Assembly: GCA_045534975.1 (NCBI GenBank)
Contig: JAZSKV010000054.1
Location: 2,200-66,199 of the forward strand
DNA: 64,000 bases
Source of the DNA: Ructibacterium sp.
GTDB lineage: Bacteria > Bacillota > Clostridia > Monoglobales > Monoglobaceae
Direction of reading: 5' to 3'
A program made the position numbers and the translations under genes. This document shows positions 1 through 8,827 of this stretch, piece after piece. How positions within the stretch are numbered: the first letter of the stretch is position 1; the number at the start of each line of letters is the position of its first letter. A model generated the notes under the pieces. It was not told the DNA's origin, searched no databases, and worked only from the letters and a program-made list of their open reading frames with translations.

Positions 1-163
1 GTTCTTCACCACCTGACCGATGTACTTCCGCTTTCAAATATTTTCTTTGCTCCCAGAATGGAAGCCACACTTCTACAATAAATACACAAAGAAAAAATAA
101 AATTAAAACTACTAAAAAAATTGGTATCACAAGATCCCATGCATCATTTACTGTATACTCCAT
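1..163 (-). CDS. Small membrane protein, partial (runs off the window start)
   Basis: Hand translation from ATG at 163: MEYTVNDAWDLVIPIFLVVLILFFLCVFIVEVWLPFWEQRKYLKAEVHRSGGEE..., one hydrophobic helix, GAGGGTG RBS upstream; below the ORF-track cutoff. Confidence 0.6.
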   Translation of the reverse strand, partial: MEYTVNDAWDLVIPIFLVVLILFFLCVFIVEVWLPFWEQRKYLKAEVHRSGGEE

Positions 164-200
164 TATGCCATCACCCTCTAATGTCTTAATTTTTAATGTC

Positions 201-743
201 TTAATTTCCTAATTTGTCTACTGTTCTTTTATGTAAGTTATTTAATAGCATCTGTGCGATATCTTTATCATCCCATACAACATAGTCAATCACCACGGAT
301 ATGATAGTATAAATAAAGATATTGGCTTGTTCTTTGGTACACCCAAAGGTCTGCAAAAGTCTCTTTGCGTATTGTTCATAAAAAACTCTGAATTCCCTTG
401 ACTTACCGCGCATCCGTTCTCCGTAGAGAGGACTTGTTGTAATCTGCACTGCAAGCCGAAGTTCTTCCTTATATTGATCCACTTCGTCTAAAAATGTTTC
501 GAAATACCTTTCTATACTATCGGTATGTGCAAAGGTGAATTCCAAAAGAGCCTCAACAACCTTAGAAAGGCCATATTTCCCCGCGCTAATCCAAATCTCA
601 TCTTTGTTTTCAAACCAATGATAAAGACTGCTTTGGGCCAATCCCGTTAACCGACATAAGTCTCCAATAGAAGACTTGGATAAACCGGTTCTTAAAAGAT
701 ACTGCCACGTCATTTTTATAATCTCTTCTTTTTTACTGGACAT
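201..743 (-). CDS. TetR/AcrR family transcriptional regulator
   Basis: N-terminal TetR HTH (SSIGDLCRLTGLAQSSLYHWFENKDEI), 180 aa. Confidence 0.9.
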   Translation of the reverse strand: MSSKKEEIIKMTWQYLLRTGLSKSSIGDLCRLTGLAQSSLYHWFENKDEIWISAGKYGLSKVVEALLEFTFAHTDSIERYFETFLDEVDQYKEELRLAVQITTSPLYGERMRGKSREFRVFYEQYAKRLLQTFGCTKEQANIFIYTIISVVIDYVVWDDKDIAQMLLNNLHKRTVDKLGN

Positions 744-844
744 AGCGCAACTACCTATCCTTTTCTACGTTTCAATTACGTTTTAAGCAATGCATTTTTG
801 TAACGCCCATTACATACGAAGACAAAAAAAATTCTCCTTTGCAT

Positions 845-1124
845 CACATAATTTGCATTATGTGGGAAAGTTATTTGATTTTACTGCAAAAACTTTATTG
901 ATTATAGCAAAAAATTATGCAGTTGTCAATCTTATTACATAGGGAAAATAAGTTTTCAGCATAATGACAAAAAATGAGCATAGCAAACCAGACCGTTTGT
1001 TAAAAATGATAACATTACGGTCCTAAAACCATGTTTTTTTTATGTCAAATGTGCTTTTAATATTTGCATATCTGTAAATTTTCATAATGTCCTCTCTTTT
1101 GTGCAACATAATGCAAATTATGTG
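845..1124. mobile_element. Candidate invertible DNA segment bounded by 19-bp inverted repeats (dif-like recombination sites)
   Basis: 845-863 CACATAATTTGCATTATGT is the exact reverse complement of 1106-1124 ACATAATGCAAATTATGTG; each site has palindromic arms around an asymmetric 6-bp spacer; adjacent to a tyrosine recombinase. Confidence 0.75.
901..929 (-). promoter_or_regulatory. Consensus sigma-A promoter inside the invertible segment, facing the TetR gene
   Basis: Minus strand TTGACA (929-924), 17 bp, TATAAT (906-901), with extended -10 TG. Confidence 0.85.
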
Positions 1125-1287
1125 GTTTTTTATTTTTCAGTACCGTGATGTCAAGTTTTGCATCTGCCTTTGATGAATTTTTTCGCTTTTGTTGTAAAAA
1201 TCATATACCGGTCTGTTTTTACTTCATCTTGCGACGCAACACCATTTGAGCAAAAAACCTGACTCATTTTGACATTGAATATTAACT

Positions 1288-2127
1288 TTAGCACCGAAGA
1301 AGTCCGAGTTTTTGTAATTGTTCTAAGTGTACTTCGCCGTTTTCTATCGTATAAATTCGTGTCGTATTAACGTTTGCATGACCGAGAATGTCAGCAAGTC
1401 TTACAATGTCTTTTTGCATAGAATAAAATGTTCGGGCAAAAAGATGCCTAAAATTATGGGGAAAAACCTTGCTTTTTGCCACATTAGCACTTCTGCATAA
1501 TTTTTTAAGCATCTTCCATATAGAACTCCTGTCGAGTGCCTTGCCACTCCTGGTTACAAAGACCGAACCACTTTCTATATGCTGTTTCTTGATATATCCC
1601 TTTAGCATTTTGCATAGTTGCCTTGGCAAAAAGACTTGTCTTATTTTACCTTTACAGTTTATCCGCGCCTGTCCGGCCTTAACTGCTTCACAGGTGACAT
1701 ACTTTAATTCAGAAATTCTAAGTCCTGTACTCCCTATGGTCTGCATTAAATAATAAAGCCGTTCATTTCTTCTATTTTTGGCTGCTGTCAATAGCCTTTC
1801 ATATTCGGCTTTTGTCAGTTCTTTTTCTTTATCCGCAAAAATCTGTCTTTGAATTTTTAAAGTTTTCACTTTAAATTCATTCCATTCCATAAAGGCAAAC
1901 AACGCATTTAACGACGACAACATTGAGTTGACACTTTTAGGTGCATAGTTTTCACAAATCTTCTTTTTATAATCAAGCACTGCTAATTTGTCAACTTCTT
2001 TATTCCCGAGCCATTCTCGGAAAAATCGAATATCACGCATATATTTTTCTATTGTGTTGTCACTTTTTTCTTGTTCATATAGATATAACCTGAATCTGCT
2101 TACATTTTCGTCTGTAATTTTCCTCAT
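1288..2127 (-). CDS. Tyrosine recombinase/integrase (XerC/XerD-like, 279 aa)
   Basis: Catalytic set intact: TGLRISE (R), KGK, HNFRH (HxxR), LGH, TRIY (Y). Confidence 0.93.
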   Translation of the reverse strand: MRKITDENVSRFRLYLYEQEKSDNTIEKYMRDIRFFREWLGNKEVDKLAVLDYKKKICENYAPKSVNSMLSSLNALFAFMEWNEFKVKTLKIQRQIFADKEKELTKAEYERLLTAAKNRRNERLYYLMQTIGSTGLRISELKYVTCEAVKAGQARINCKGKIRQVFLPRQLCKMLKGYIKKQHIESGSVFVTRSGKALDRSSIWKMLKKLCRSANVAKSKVFPHNFRHLFARTFYSMQKDIVRLADILGHANVNTTRIYTIENGEVHLEQLQKLGLLRC

Positions 2128-2185
2128 TCTCTCAACTCCTTTTCATGATTTTAGTTTATTATATCCATAATGAAAATTCTTATAT

Positions 2186-2228
2186 AAAAACAAGGACATG
2201 CCGCTGATTAACAAGCGATATGTCCTTG
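2186..2228 (-). terminator. Terminator-like hairpin upstream of the recombinase
   Basis: Minus strand CAAGGACAT-ATCGCT-TGTTAATC-AGCGGC-ATGTCCTTG followed by TTTTT. Confidence 0.6.
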
Positions 2229-2300
2229 GGATTTTTATGTTATTCACTTGTTATCAACTATATTTTACCATAAAAATATAATTTTTCCATAAAAATTTAC

Positions 2301-2342
2301 AAAAAAACATCCTTGGAACTTATATCCTTCCAAGGATGTTTT
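2301..2342 (-). terminator. Intrinsic terminator of purF-guaA
   Basis: 15-bp perfect inverted repeat AAAACATCCTTGGAA/TTCCAAGGATGTTTT with a T-tract on the minus strand. Confidence 0.85.
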
Positions 2343-2360
2343 AAATCAACAGTTATAAAA

Positions 2361-3341
2361 TTATTCCCACTCAATTGTGCCGATAGGCTTGGGGGTAAGA
2401 TCTAAGAGAACACGGTTGATGCCCTCTACCTCGTTGGTGATCCGGTCTGTAATCTTATGAAGAACTTCATAGGGAATCTCCTCAATAGTTGCAGACATGG
2501 CATCGGTGGTATTCACCGCGCGGATAATCGCGGGCCAACCCTCGTATCGCTTATTATCTCTCACACCCACGCTCTTAAAGTCCGGCACAGCCACAAAATA
2601 CTGCCAAACCGTCTTGCTGAGTCCACAGTTATCAAATTCTTCCCGCAGAATAGCATCTGCCTCACGAAGGGCTTCTAAGCGATCACGGGTAATTGCCCCA
2701 AGGCAACGTACACCAAGACCGGGGCCCGGGAACGGCTGACGGTAAACCATGTCATAGGGCAAGCCAAGTTCAGAGCCTACCACACGAACCTCATCTTTAT
2801 AAAGGAGTTTAATGGGTTCACAAAGTTCCATCTTCATATCTTCCGGAAGACCGCCAACATTATGGTGGGCTTTCACGCCATCACTCTCTAAGATATCAGG
2901 ATAGATGGTGCCCTGTGCCAGGAAGTCAATGCCCTCTAACTTTCTTGCTTCTTCCTCAAACACACGGATAAATTCCGCACCGATAATTTTACGTTTGGTT
3001 TCCGGTTCTGCAACGTCTTTCAGTTTGTCCAAAAACCGGTCAACAGCATCCACATAAACAAGGTTAGCGTCCATTTCGTCCCGGAACACTCTGACAACCT
3101 CTTCCGGCTCTCCTTTACGAAGAAGACCATGATTTACATGGACACAGACCAGCTGTTTGCCAATGGCTTTAATCAACAAAGCAGCCACCACAGAAGAATC
3201 CACGCCGCCAGAGAGTGCTAACAATACCTTTTTATCACCAACCTGGGCACGGATTTCCTTTACCTGCTCATCAACAAACGCCTTCGCAAGTTCCGGCGTG
3301 TTGATACGTTTCATTTCTTCGGGTCTTACATTGGTGCTCAT
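2361..3341 (-). CDS. guaA: GMP synthase, ATP-pyrophosphatase plus dimerisation domains only (no glutamine amidotransferase domain)
   Basis: SGGVDSS PP-loop, QGTIYPD, PFPGPGLGVR, C-terminal KPIGTIEWE; start moved to ATG 3341 (GGAGGAGGA RBS, overlaps the purF stop). Confidence 0.92.
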   Translation of the reverse strand: MSTNVRPEEMKRINTPELAKAFVDEQVKEIRAQVGDKKVLLALSGGVDSSVVAALLIKAIGKQLVCVHVNHGLLRKGEPEEVVRVFRDEMDANLVYVDAVDRFLDKLKDVAEPETKRKIIGAEFIRVFEEEARKLEGIDFLAQGTIYPDILESDGVKAHHNVGGLPEDMKMELCEPIKLLYKDEVRVVGSELGLPYDMVYRQPFPGPGLGVRCLGAITRDRLEALREADAILREEFDNCGLSKTVWQYFVAVPDFKSVGVRDNKRYEGWPAIIRAVNTTDAMSATIEEIPYEVLHKITDRITNEVEGINRVLLDLTPKPIGTIEWE

Positions 3342-4777
3342 ATACGTTCCTCCTCCTGATTTTCTTCGGGTACATAAACGGGATAATTCCCGGTAAAGCA
3401 TGCGTCACAACAGTTTAATTTACAGTTGGGAGCCAATTTCTGCATAGCAGGAATCGAAAGATAAGCCAAAGAGTCTGCCCCGATTTTCTCACAAGTTTGC
3501 TCCAAGGTCAACTGACATGCAATTAACTTGTCCCGACTGTCAATATCGGTTCCAAAGTAACAAGGATTCAAAAATGGCGGTGAAGAAATACGAACGTGTA
3601 CCTCAGTAGCACCGGCCTCTCGCAGCAGATTCACAATCCGGCGACAGGTCGTTCCTCTCACAATAGAGTCATCCACCATGATAACACGTTTACCCTCGAT
3701 CATCTCACGCATAGCGTTTAATTTGATTCTCAGTGCCGCCTCACGTTCCTCTTGGGTCGGCAGAATAAAGGTTCTGCCAATATAACGATTCTTAATAAAT
3801 CCAACCCCATAAGGGATACCGGATTCATAGGAATAACCCAACGCTGCATCTAAGCCAGAATCCGGAACACCGATAACGATATCGGCATCCACCGGACTTT
3901 CCTGGGCCAGATATTTACCTGCGTTGAGTCTGGCACGGTGTACGCTCTCGCCCTCAATAATGCTGTCAGGACGGGCGATATAGATATATTCAAACACACA
4001 CATTGCCGGTTTCTGACCGCACATTTCTTTATAAGAATGCAAACCATCCTGATCAATGACGATGATTTCGCCCGGTTCTACATCCCGGACAAACTCTGCA
4101 TTGATGGCATCAAATGCACAGGTTTCCGAAGCAATCACCCAGGAATTTTTAACTTTACCAATGGAGAGCGGATGAAAACCCTGAGGGTCACGAACCGCAA
4201 GCAATCGATGGGGCGTCATAATCAGCAAGGAATAGGAACCGCTGATTTTCTTCATAATTCTGGTCATCGCCTCTGCGGTGGAATCAGTATGGATTCTCTC
4301 TTTAGCCATCAAGTGGGCAATGACTTCACTGTCGTTATTGGTGTGGAAAATCGCACCTTGTTCTTCCAATTCTTTACGAATCTGTTTTGCATTGACTAAA
4401 CTTCCGTTATTGGCAAGGGCAAAAGAACCTTTCTGGTATCTGGAAACCAAGGGCTGTGCATTGACCCTGCTACTTCCGCCGGCAGTACCATAACGGACAT
4501 GGCCTATGGCAGAAAAGCCATCCAATTCCTTTAACACCAGTTCGTTAAAAACTTCATTCACCAGACCCTGGTCTTTATATTGCAGAATTTGAATCATGTC
4601 TGATTCATCTCTGTTGTTTACTGCAATACCACAACTTTCCTGTCCACGATGCTGAAGCGCATATAATCCATAATAGGTTAACCGAGAAACATCCAGATTA
4701 TCCCCATTATCATAAATACCAAAAACGCCGCATTCCTCATGCACGGTATCTGCATCAAAAATCTCATGTTGTACCAC
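3338..4777 (-). CDS. purF: Amidophosphoribosyltransferase
   Basis: Propeptide then EE/CGVFG N-terminal nucleophile, QHRGQESCG, GHVRY, VDDSIVRGTT PRPP motif; GTG start at 4777 behind GGAGGTG. Confidence 0.95.
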   Translation of the reverse strand: MVQHEIFDADTVHEECGVFGIYDNGDNLDVSRLTYYGLYALQHRGQESCGIAVNNRDESDMIQILQYKDQGLVNEVFNELVLKELDGFSAIGHVRYGTAGGSSRVNAQPLVSRYQKGSFALANNGSLVNAKQIRKELEEQGAIFHTNNDSEVIAHLMAKERIHTDSTAEAMTRIMKKISGSYSLLIMTPHRLLAVRDPQGFHPLSIGKVKNSWVIASETCAFDAINAEFVRDVEPGEIIVIDQDGLHSYKEMCGQKPAMCVFEYIYIARPDSIIEGESVHRARLNAGKYLAQESPVDADIVIGVPDSGLDAALGYSYESGIPYGVGFIKNRYIGRTFILPTQEEREAALRIKLNAMREMIEGKRVIMVDDSIVRGTTCRRIVNLLREAGATEVHVRISSPPFLNPCYFGTDIDSRDKLIACQLTLEQTCEKIGADSLAYLSIPAMQKLAPNCKLNCCDACFTGNYPVYVPEENQEEERI

Positions 4778-4933
4778 AAAAAACACCTCCGCAAATTTTT
4801 GGCAAGGCTTTTTCTCCACAAATTCCGCAAAATTTGAAAAAGACTCTTTTATTTTATTATAAAGCCAAATAAATTGCAAGAAATTTTCTCGTTATTTACA
4901 ATATTTTTTTGAAAATTGTCATTCTGCACAAAA

Positions 4934-6307
4934 TCACAAGGTTGATGGAAAAGAATCTTTTTCAACTTTGCATTTTTGCTTCTTCAAAAGTTTTACCGTT
5001 TTCTCTGGAATTTCCGCCGTATCCAATACTTTTCTAACCGTCAGGAAACAAGTGAAGATATTACTGAAAATCACAACACTTTCCATTCCACTGATTCCAA
5101 ACTTGGAAACCACAAACCAGATTCCCAAAAGCCGGAGCAGATTATCACAAAGACTATAACAGAGCATCGAGAATTGTTTACCCATACCATTTAAAATAGC
5201 ACAGGAAAGAGAATCGAAAAACATCAGGGGACACATCAAAGAAAGTATACGAATCATGGGAACAATGCTGATTTCCTGATACACCATTCTTGCGATTTCT
5301 GTTGGGAAAACCTGAAAGACAATCAATACAAGGATTCCTATCATGCCCCCAAATCCATACACCTTTCCAATCATTTTTTGTAGTCTATAACGCTTTGACA
5401 TTGCGTTTGCCCGGGAAATCTCCGGTACTAACAATGTGGTCACCGAACCCATTAACGTCAGCGGAAAAACCAACATAGGCATCACCATACCATGAAGAAT
5501 TCCCAACTGGCTTACGGCTTCGCTATGATTCATACCAAACCGTTTTAACGCACTGATCATCCAGACTTCTTCCTGCATACGCAAGATAGAACCGGTCAAT
5601 GATGTCAGCATGGATGGAAAGGAAATTTTTAGTATTTCCCTGCCGATATGACGCTCCTCTGTCTGTCCCGGCAAAGATTTTCTCTCGTTCCAATAAAATA
5701 ATGAAAGATAAAGAAAGGAAGAAAACTCCCCGATGGTAATTCCTAAAAACACTGCAGTGCAACCATAGCCAATTCCTTTGGGCAAAAGCCATTGCAAAAA
5801 CAGAGTGATTAAAACACCTTTGACGGCTTGTTCCAAAAATTCTGATGATGCAGGAATCATCACCTTTCTTACCGCATAAAAATAACCTTTTAAACAGTAA
5901 GAAATGCCCATAAACAAGATGCTGGGCGCCAGGCAGCAGATGCCGGTAGCAATCCGGATATCACCTAAAATCTCTTCTGCCATCTTCTCCGCCCCCAGAA
6001 AGGTTAAAAGAATGACAGAAAAACTCAGGGTCGCCACGCCGTAAGTGGCAAGTTGCATACTCTTTTTGACCGCACCAAAATCCCCTTTTTCCAGATAGCC
6101 GGACACAATTTTAGAAACTGCCATCCCAAGACCTGCCGTTGCAACCGTCAGCATGACACCGTGGATACCAAAACCAAGAGATAAAAGTCCCATTCCCTCC
6201 GGTCCAAGACTTCTGGAATAAAAGGCTCGGAAAATAAAATCAAAACTTTTTGCACAAACTCCGGAAAACCCCAAAATAGATGCATTTTTTAAAACCTGAT
6301 TGCCCAT
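4934..6307 (-). CDS. spoVB: Stage V sporulation protein B-like MOP-superfamily flippase
   Basis: Multi-TM protein, SRSLGPEGMGL and AVSKIVS N-terminal pattern typical of SpoVB/polysaccharide flippases. Confidence 0.7.
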   Translation of the reverse strand: MGNQVLKNASILGFSGVCAKSFDFIFRAFYSRSLGPEGMGLLSLGFGIHGVMLTVATAGLGMAVSKIVSGYLEKGDFGAVKKSMQLATYGVATLSFSVILLTFLGAEKMAEEILGDIRIATGICCLAPSILFMGISYCLKGYFYAVRKVMIPASSEFLEQAVKGVLITLFLQWLLPKGIGYGCTAVFLGITIGEFSSFLYLSLFYWNERKSLPGQTEERHIGREILKISFPSMLTSLTGSILRMQEEVWMISALKRFGMNHSEAVSQLGILHGMVMPMLVFPLTLMGSVTTLLVPEISRANAMSKRYRLQKMIGKVYGFGGMIGILVLIVFQVFPTEIARMVYQEISIVPMIRILSLMCPLMFFDSLSCAILNGMGKQFSMLCYSLCDNLLRLLGIWFVVSKFGISGMESVVIFSNIFTCFLTVRKVLDTAEIPEKTVKLLKKQKCKVEKDSFPSTL

Positions 6308-6349
6308 CTGCCCACCTCATTCTCTTCCAAATATATGCGAAAGGCCAGA

Positions 6350-6378
6350 TTGACAATACCAAAATTACAGCGTATAAT
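6350..6378 (+). promoter_or_regulatory. Consensus sigma-A promoter for the RNase M5-HAD/mutY unit
   Basis: TTGACA 6350-6355, 17 bp, TATAAT 6373-6378. Confidence 0.85.
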
Positions 6379-6418
6379 GAAAAAGTCACCTTGTCGGTGG
6401 CAGGTGGAGGTTACCATT

Positions 6419-7666
6419 ATGATTCATATCAAAGAAGCCATTATTGTTGAGGGAAAATACGATAAAGAGCGGTTGCGGAAGATTACAGACGCACCCATTC
6501 TTTGTACCCACGGCTTTGAACTCTACCGTTCCAAAGCACTCATCAATAGTATCCGGAACTTCGCCAAAAGCCAAGGCGTGATTATCTTGACCGATTCCGA
6601 CCGGGCAGGCTTTCGTATCCGAAACTATTTAAAATCCTGTCTTGGCAACGATTGTCATATCAAAAACGCCTATATTCCCTCCATTACCGGCAAAGAACGT
6701 CGGAAAGATAAACCCGGCAAAGATGGTCTTCTGGGAGTTGAGGGTATGGAAGAATCCCTCTTAGAACAAATTTTAAAAACCGCTACAACATCCATAGATG
6801 ACCAAACACCAATAACCCCCGTCACCAAAACCGATTTCTTTACAGACGGACTTACCGGAAAACCAGATAGCACAAAGCGGAGAAAAAAACTCTGCAAAGT
6901 GCTTTCTCTGCCGCTAAGAATTTCTGCCAATGCACTGTTGGAATTGCTAAACCAGATTGGTGGCTATCCCATTTATCAGGAAGCCATGGCAGAGATAAAT
7001 GCTGGAAATGGAGAATTTTCTATTGACGTAAAACAAGCGGCGATCTTTGATTTAGACGGAACCTTAATTGATTCTATGTGGATTTGGGAGAACCTTTTAA
7101 TTGATTTCCTCAAAGCCAGAAACTTGGTTGCACCGGAACATATACTAAACGAAGTAACCCATATGAGTCTTGTGCAAAGTTCTGCCTATGTGCAGGAATT
7201 CTTTCAGTTACCTATGACACCGGCGGAGGTTCACAAAGAATGGACGGATACCGTCTATCAGGCTTATGCGAAAAAAATGAAGTTAAAGCCGGGGGCAAAG
7301 GAATATCTGGAGCACTTAAAAAGCCAGGGAATAAAACTGGCTGTTGCCACTTCCTGTGACCCTCGACTATGTGAGGCATGCCTGAGGCAGACCGGTGTTC
7401 TTCCTCTCTTTGATGTCATTACTTATGCTGATGAAGTTGGCAAAGGAAAAAACTACCCAGACATCTACTTAGAATGTCTGAAGCGGCTGAACTGTTCCCC
7501 AAAAGACGCTGTCTTGTTTGAAGACATTTTGGTGGCACTCCGTACCGGCAAATCTATCGGTATGCAAGTGGTCATTATGGAGGACCAAAGTGCCAAGCCG
7601 GATTGGCCACTTTTGAAAAAAGACGCAGACCGCTATATCCAAAGTTTCCACGAACTCATGGAATAA
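6419..7666 (+). CDS. Ribonuclease M5-like Toprim/DUF4093 domain fused to a HAD-family phosphatase
   Basis: N-terminus IIVEGKYD...ILTDSDRAGFRIR (Toprim) and C-terminal half FDLDGTLIDS, LAVATS, FED; ATG 6419 behind GGAGG; one continuous frame. Confidence 0.85.
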   Translation: MIHIKEAIIVEGKYDKERLRKITDAPILCTHGFELYRSKALINSIRNFAKSQGVIILTDSDRAGFRIRNYLKSCLGNDCHIKNAYIPSITGKERRKDKPGKDGLLGVEGMEESLLEQILKTATTSIDDQTPITPVTKTDFFTDGLTGKPDSTKRRKKLCKVLSLPLRISANALLELLNQIGGYPIYQEAMAEINAGNGEFSIDVKQAAIFDLDGTLIDSMWIWENLLIDFLKARNLVAPEHILNEVTHMSLVQSSAYVQEFFQLPMTPAEVHKEWTDTVYQAYAKKMKLKPGAKEYLEHLKSQGIKLAVATSCDPRLCEACLRQTGVLPLFDVITYADEVGKGKNYPDIYLECLKRLNCSPKDAVLFEDILVALRTGKSIGMQVVIMEDQSAKPDWPLLKKDADRYIQSFHELME

Positions 7667-7687
7667 TAACGAAAGGAGAACTTCACC

Positions 7688-8731
7688 ATGGAATTATCTA
7701 CTCTATTGCCAAAACACCTGCTTACTTGGTATGACCGAGAAAAGCGTAGTATGCCATGGCGAAGCGACCCTACTCCCTATCATGTCTGGGTTTCTGAAAT
7801 CATGTTGCAGCAAACCCGGGTTGAAGCAGTACGGCAATATTATCAGCGTTTCATGGAAGCACTCCCCGACGTTTATGCTCTGGCAAACGCCGATGAAGAA
7901 ACGCTTCTAAAACTCTGGGAAGGCCTTGGATATTACCGCCGTGTTTACAATCTGCAAAAAGCGGCGCAAATTATTGTGAATGAGTTTCAAGGAGAAATCC
8001 CGGGGGAATATCATTTACTCCGTGCTTTGCCCGGCATTGGCGACTATACCGCCGGTGCTATCTCTTCCATTGCCTTTCAAAAACCCAAGGCCGCTGTAGA
8101 CGGGAATGTTTTACGAGTCATCATGCGACTGATGGGGGATGATCGGGATATCTCCTCCCAATCCTTAAAAAGAGAAGTTGCGGCATCTTTGGAATCCATT
8201 TATCCCAAAGACCGCTGTGGCGACTTTACCCAAAGCATTATGGAGTTAGGCGCCATGATCTGTCTGCCAAACGGTGCACCAAAATGTGAAGCCTGTCCCC
8301 TGGCTGATCATTGTATTGCGCATCTTCAGCAAATCACCGATGAGCTCCCGGTAAAACCAGAAAAAAAGAAACGCAAAATCCAAAAACTCAATGTTTTGAT
8401 TCTGCGTTATCACGACTTCATTGGTCTGCAAAAACGTACCGAACCCGGACTGCTTCACGGACTTTGGCAACTGCCAAACTTCCCTGACGAAAACCTACCA
8501 GACAGCATTGCAACTTATTTAGAAGAACAAAAAATCACGTACGAAACCATTACGCCGGTGGGAAAAGCCAAACATATCTTTACCCATATAGAATGGCAGA
8601 TGACGGCTTACCTTGTGGACTGTACTAATCAAAGCGACTGCTTCCATTGGGTTACTCCAAAAGAACAAGAAGAAAATTTCAGTCTTCCCTCTGCCTTTCA
8701 GCATTTTGCGAAGTATTGGTCAACAAATTAA
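7688..8731 (+). CDS. mutY: A/G-specific adenine DNA glycosylase
   Basis: WVSEIMLQQT, WEGLGYY, HhH LPGIGDYTAGAI, VDGNV, Fe-S CLPNGAPKCEACPLADHC. Confidence 0.95.
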   Translation: MELSTLLPKHLLTWYDREKRSMPWRSDPTPYHVWVSEIMLQQTRVEAVRQYYQRFMEALPDVYALANADEETLLKLWEGLGYYRRVYNLQKAAQIIVNEFQGEIPGEYHLLRALPGIGDYTAGAISSIAFQKPKAAVDGNVLRVIMRLMGDDRDISSQSLKREVAASLESIYPKDRCGDFTQSIMELGAMICLPNGAPKCEACPLADHCIAHLQQITDELPVKPEKKKRKIQKLNVLILRYHDFIGLQKRTEPGLLHGLWQLPNFPDENLPDSIATYLEEQKITYETITPVGKAKHIFTHIEWQMTAYLVDCTNQSDCFHWVTPKEQEENFSLPSAFQHFAKYWSTN

Positions 8732-8762
8732 GTCGCTATGCAAGGAATTTCCTGCAAACTAC

Positions 8763-8807
8763 TTGACAGTTTTTCTCAGATAAGGTATAATGTTACAAAA
8801 TTGTTAC
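8763..8807 (+). promoter_or_regulatory. Consensus sigma-A promoter overlapped by a WalR-type box
   Basis: TTGACA 8763-8768, 17 bp, TATAAT 8786-8791; TGTTAC-N5-TGTTAC at 8791-8807. Confidence 0.75.
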
Positions 8808-8827
8808 AAGAAATGCGGGTGAGTCCC

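Noticed and set aside
799-814. TGTAA-N6-TTACA palindrome upstream of the TetR gene as an autoregulatory operator
   Set aside because: Only 5-bp arms in AT-rich DNA; too weak to call.
2361-2381. guaA 3' end (GAGTGGGA) beside a recombinase, suggesting a guaA-integrated genomic island
   Set aside because: The motif is simply the conserved EWE coding end; no second direct repeat is visible in the window, and the recombinase is a short Xer-like enzyme with its own nearby inverted sites. It cannot be excluded, because the left boundary lies outside the window.
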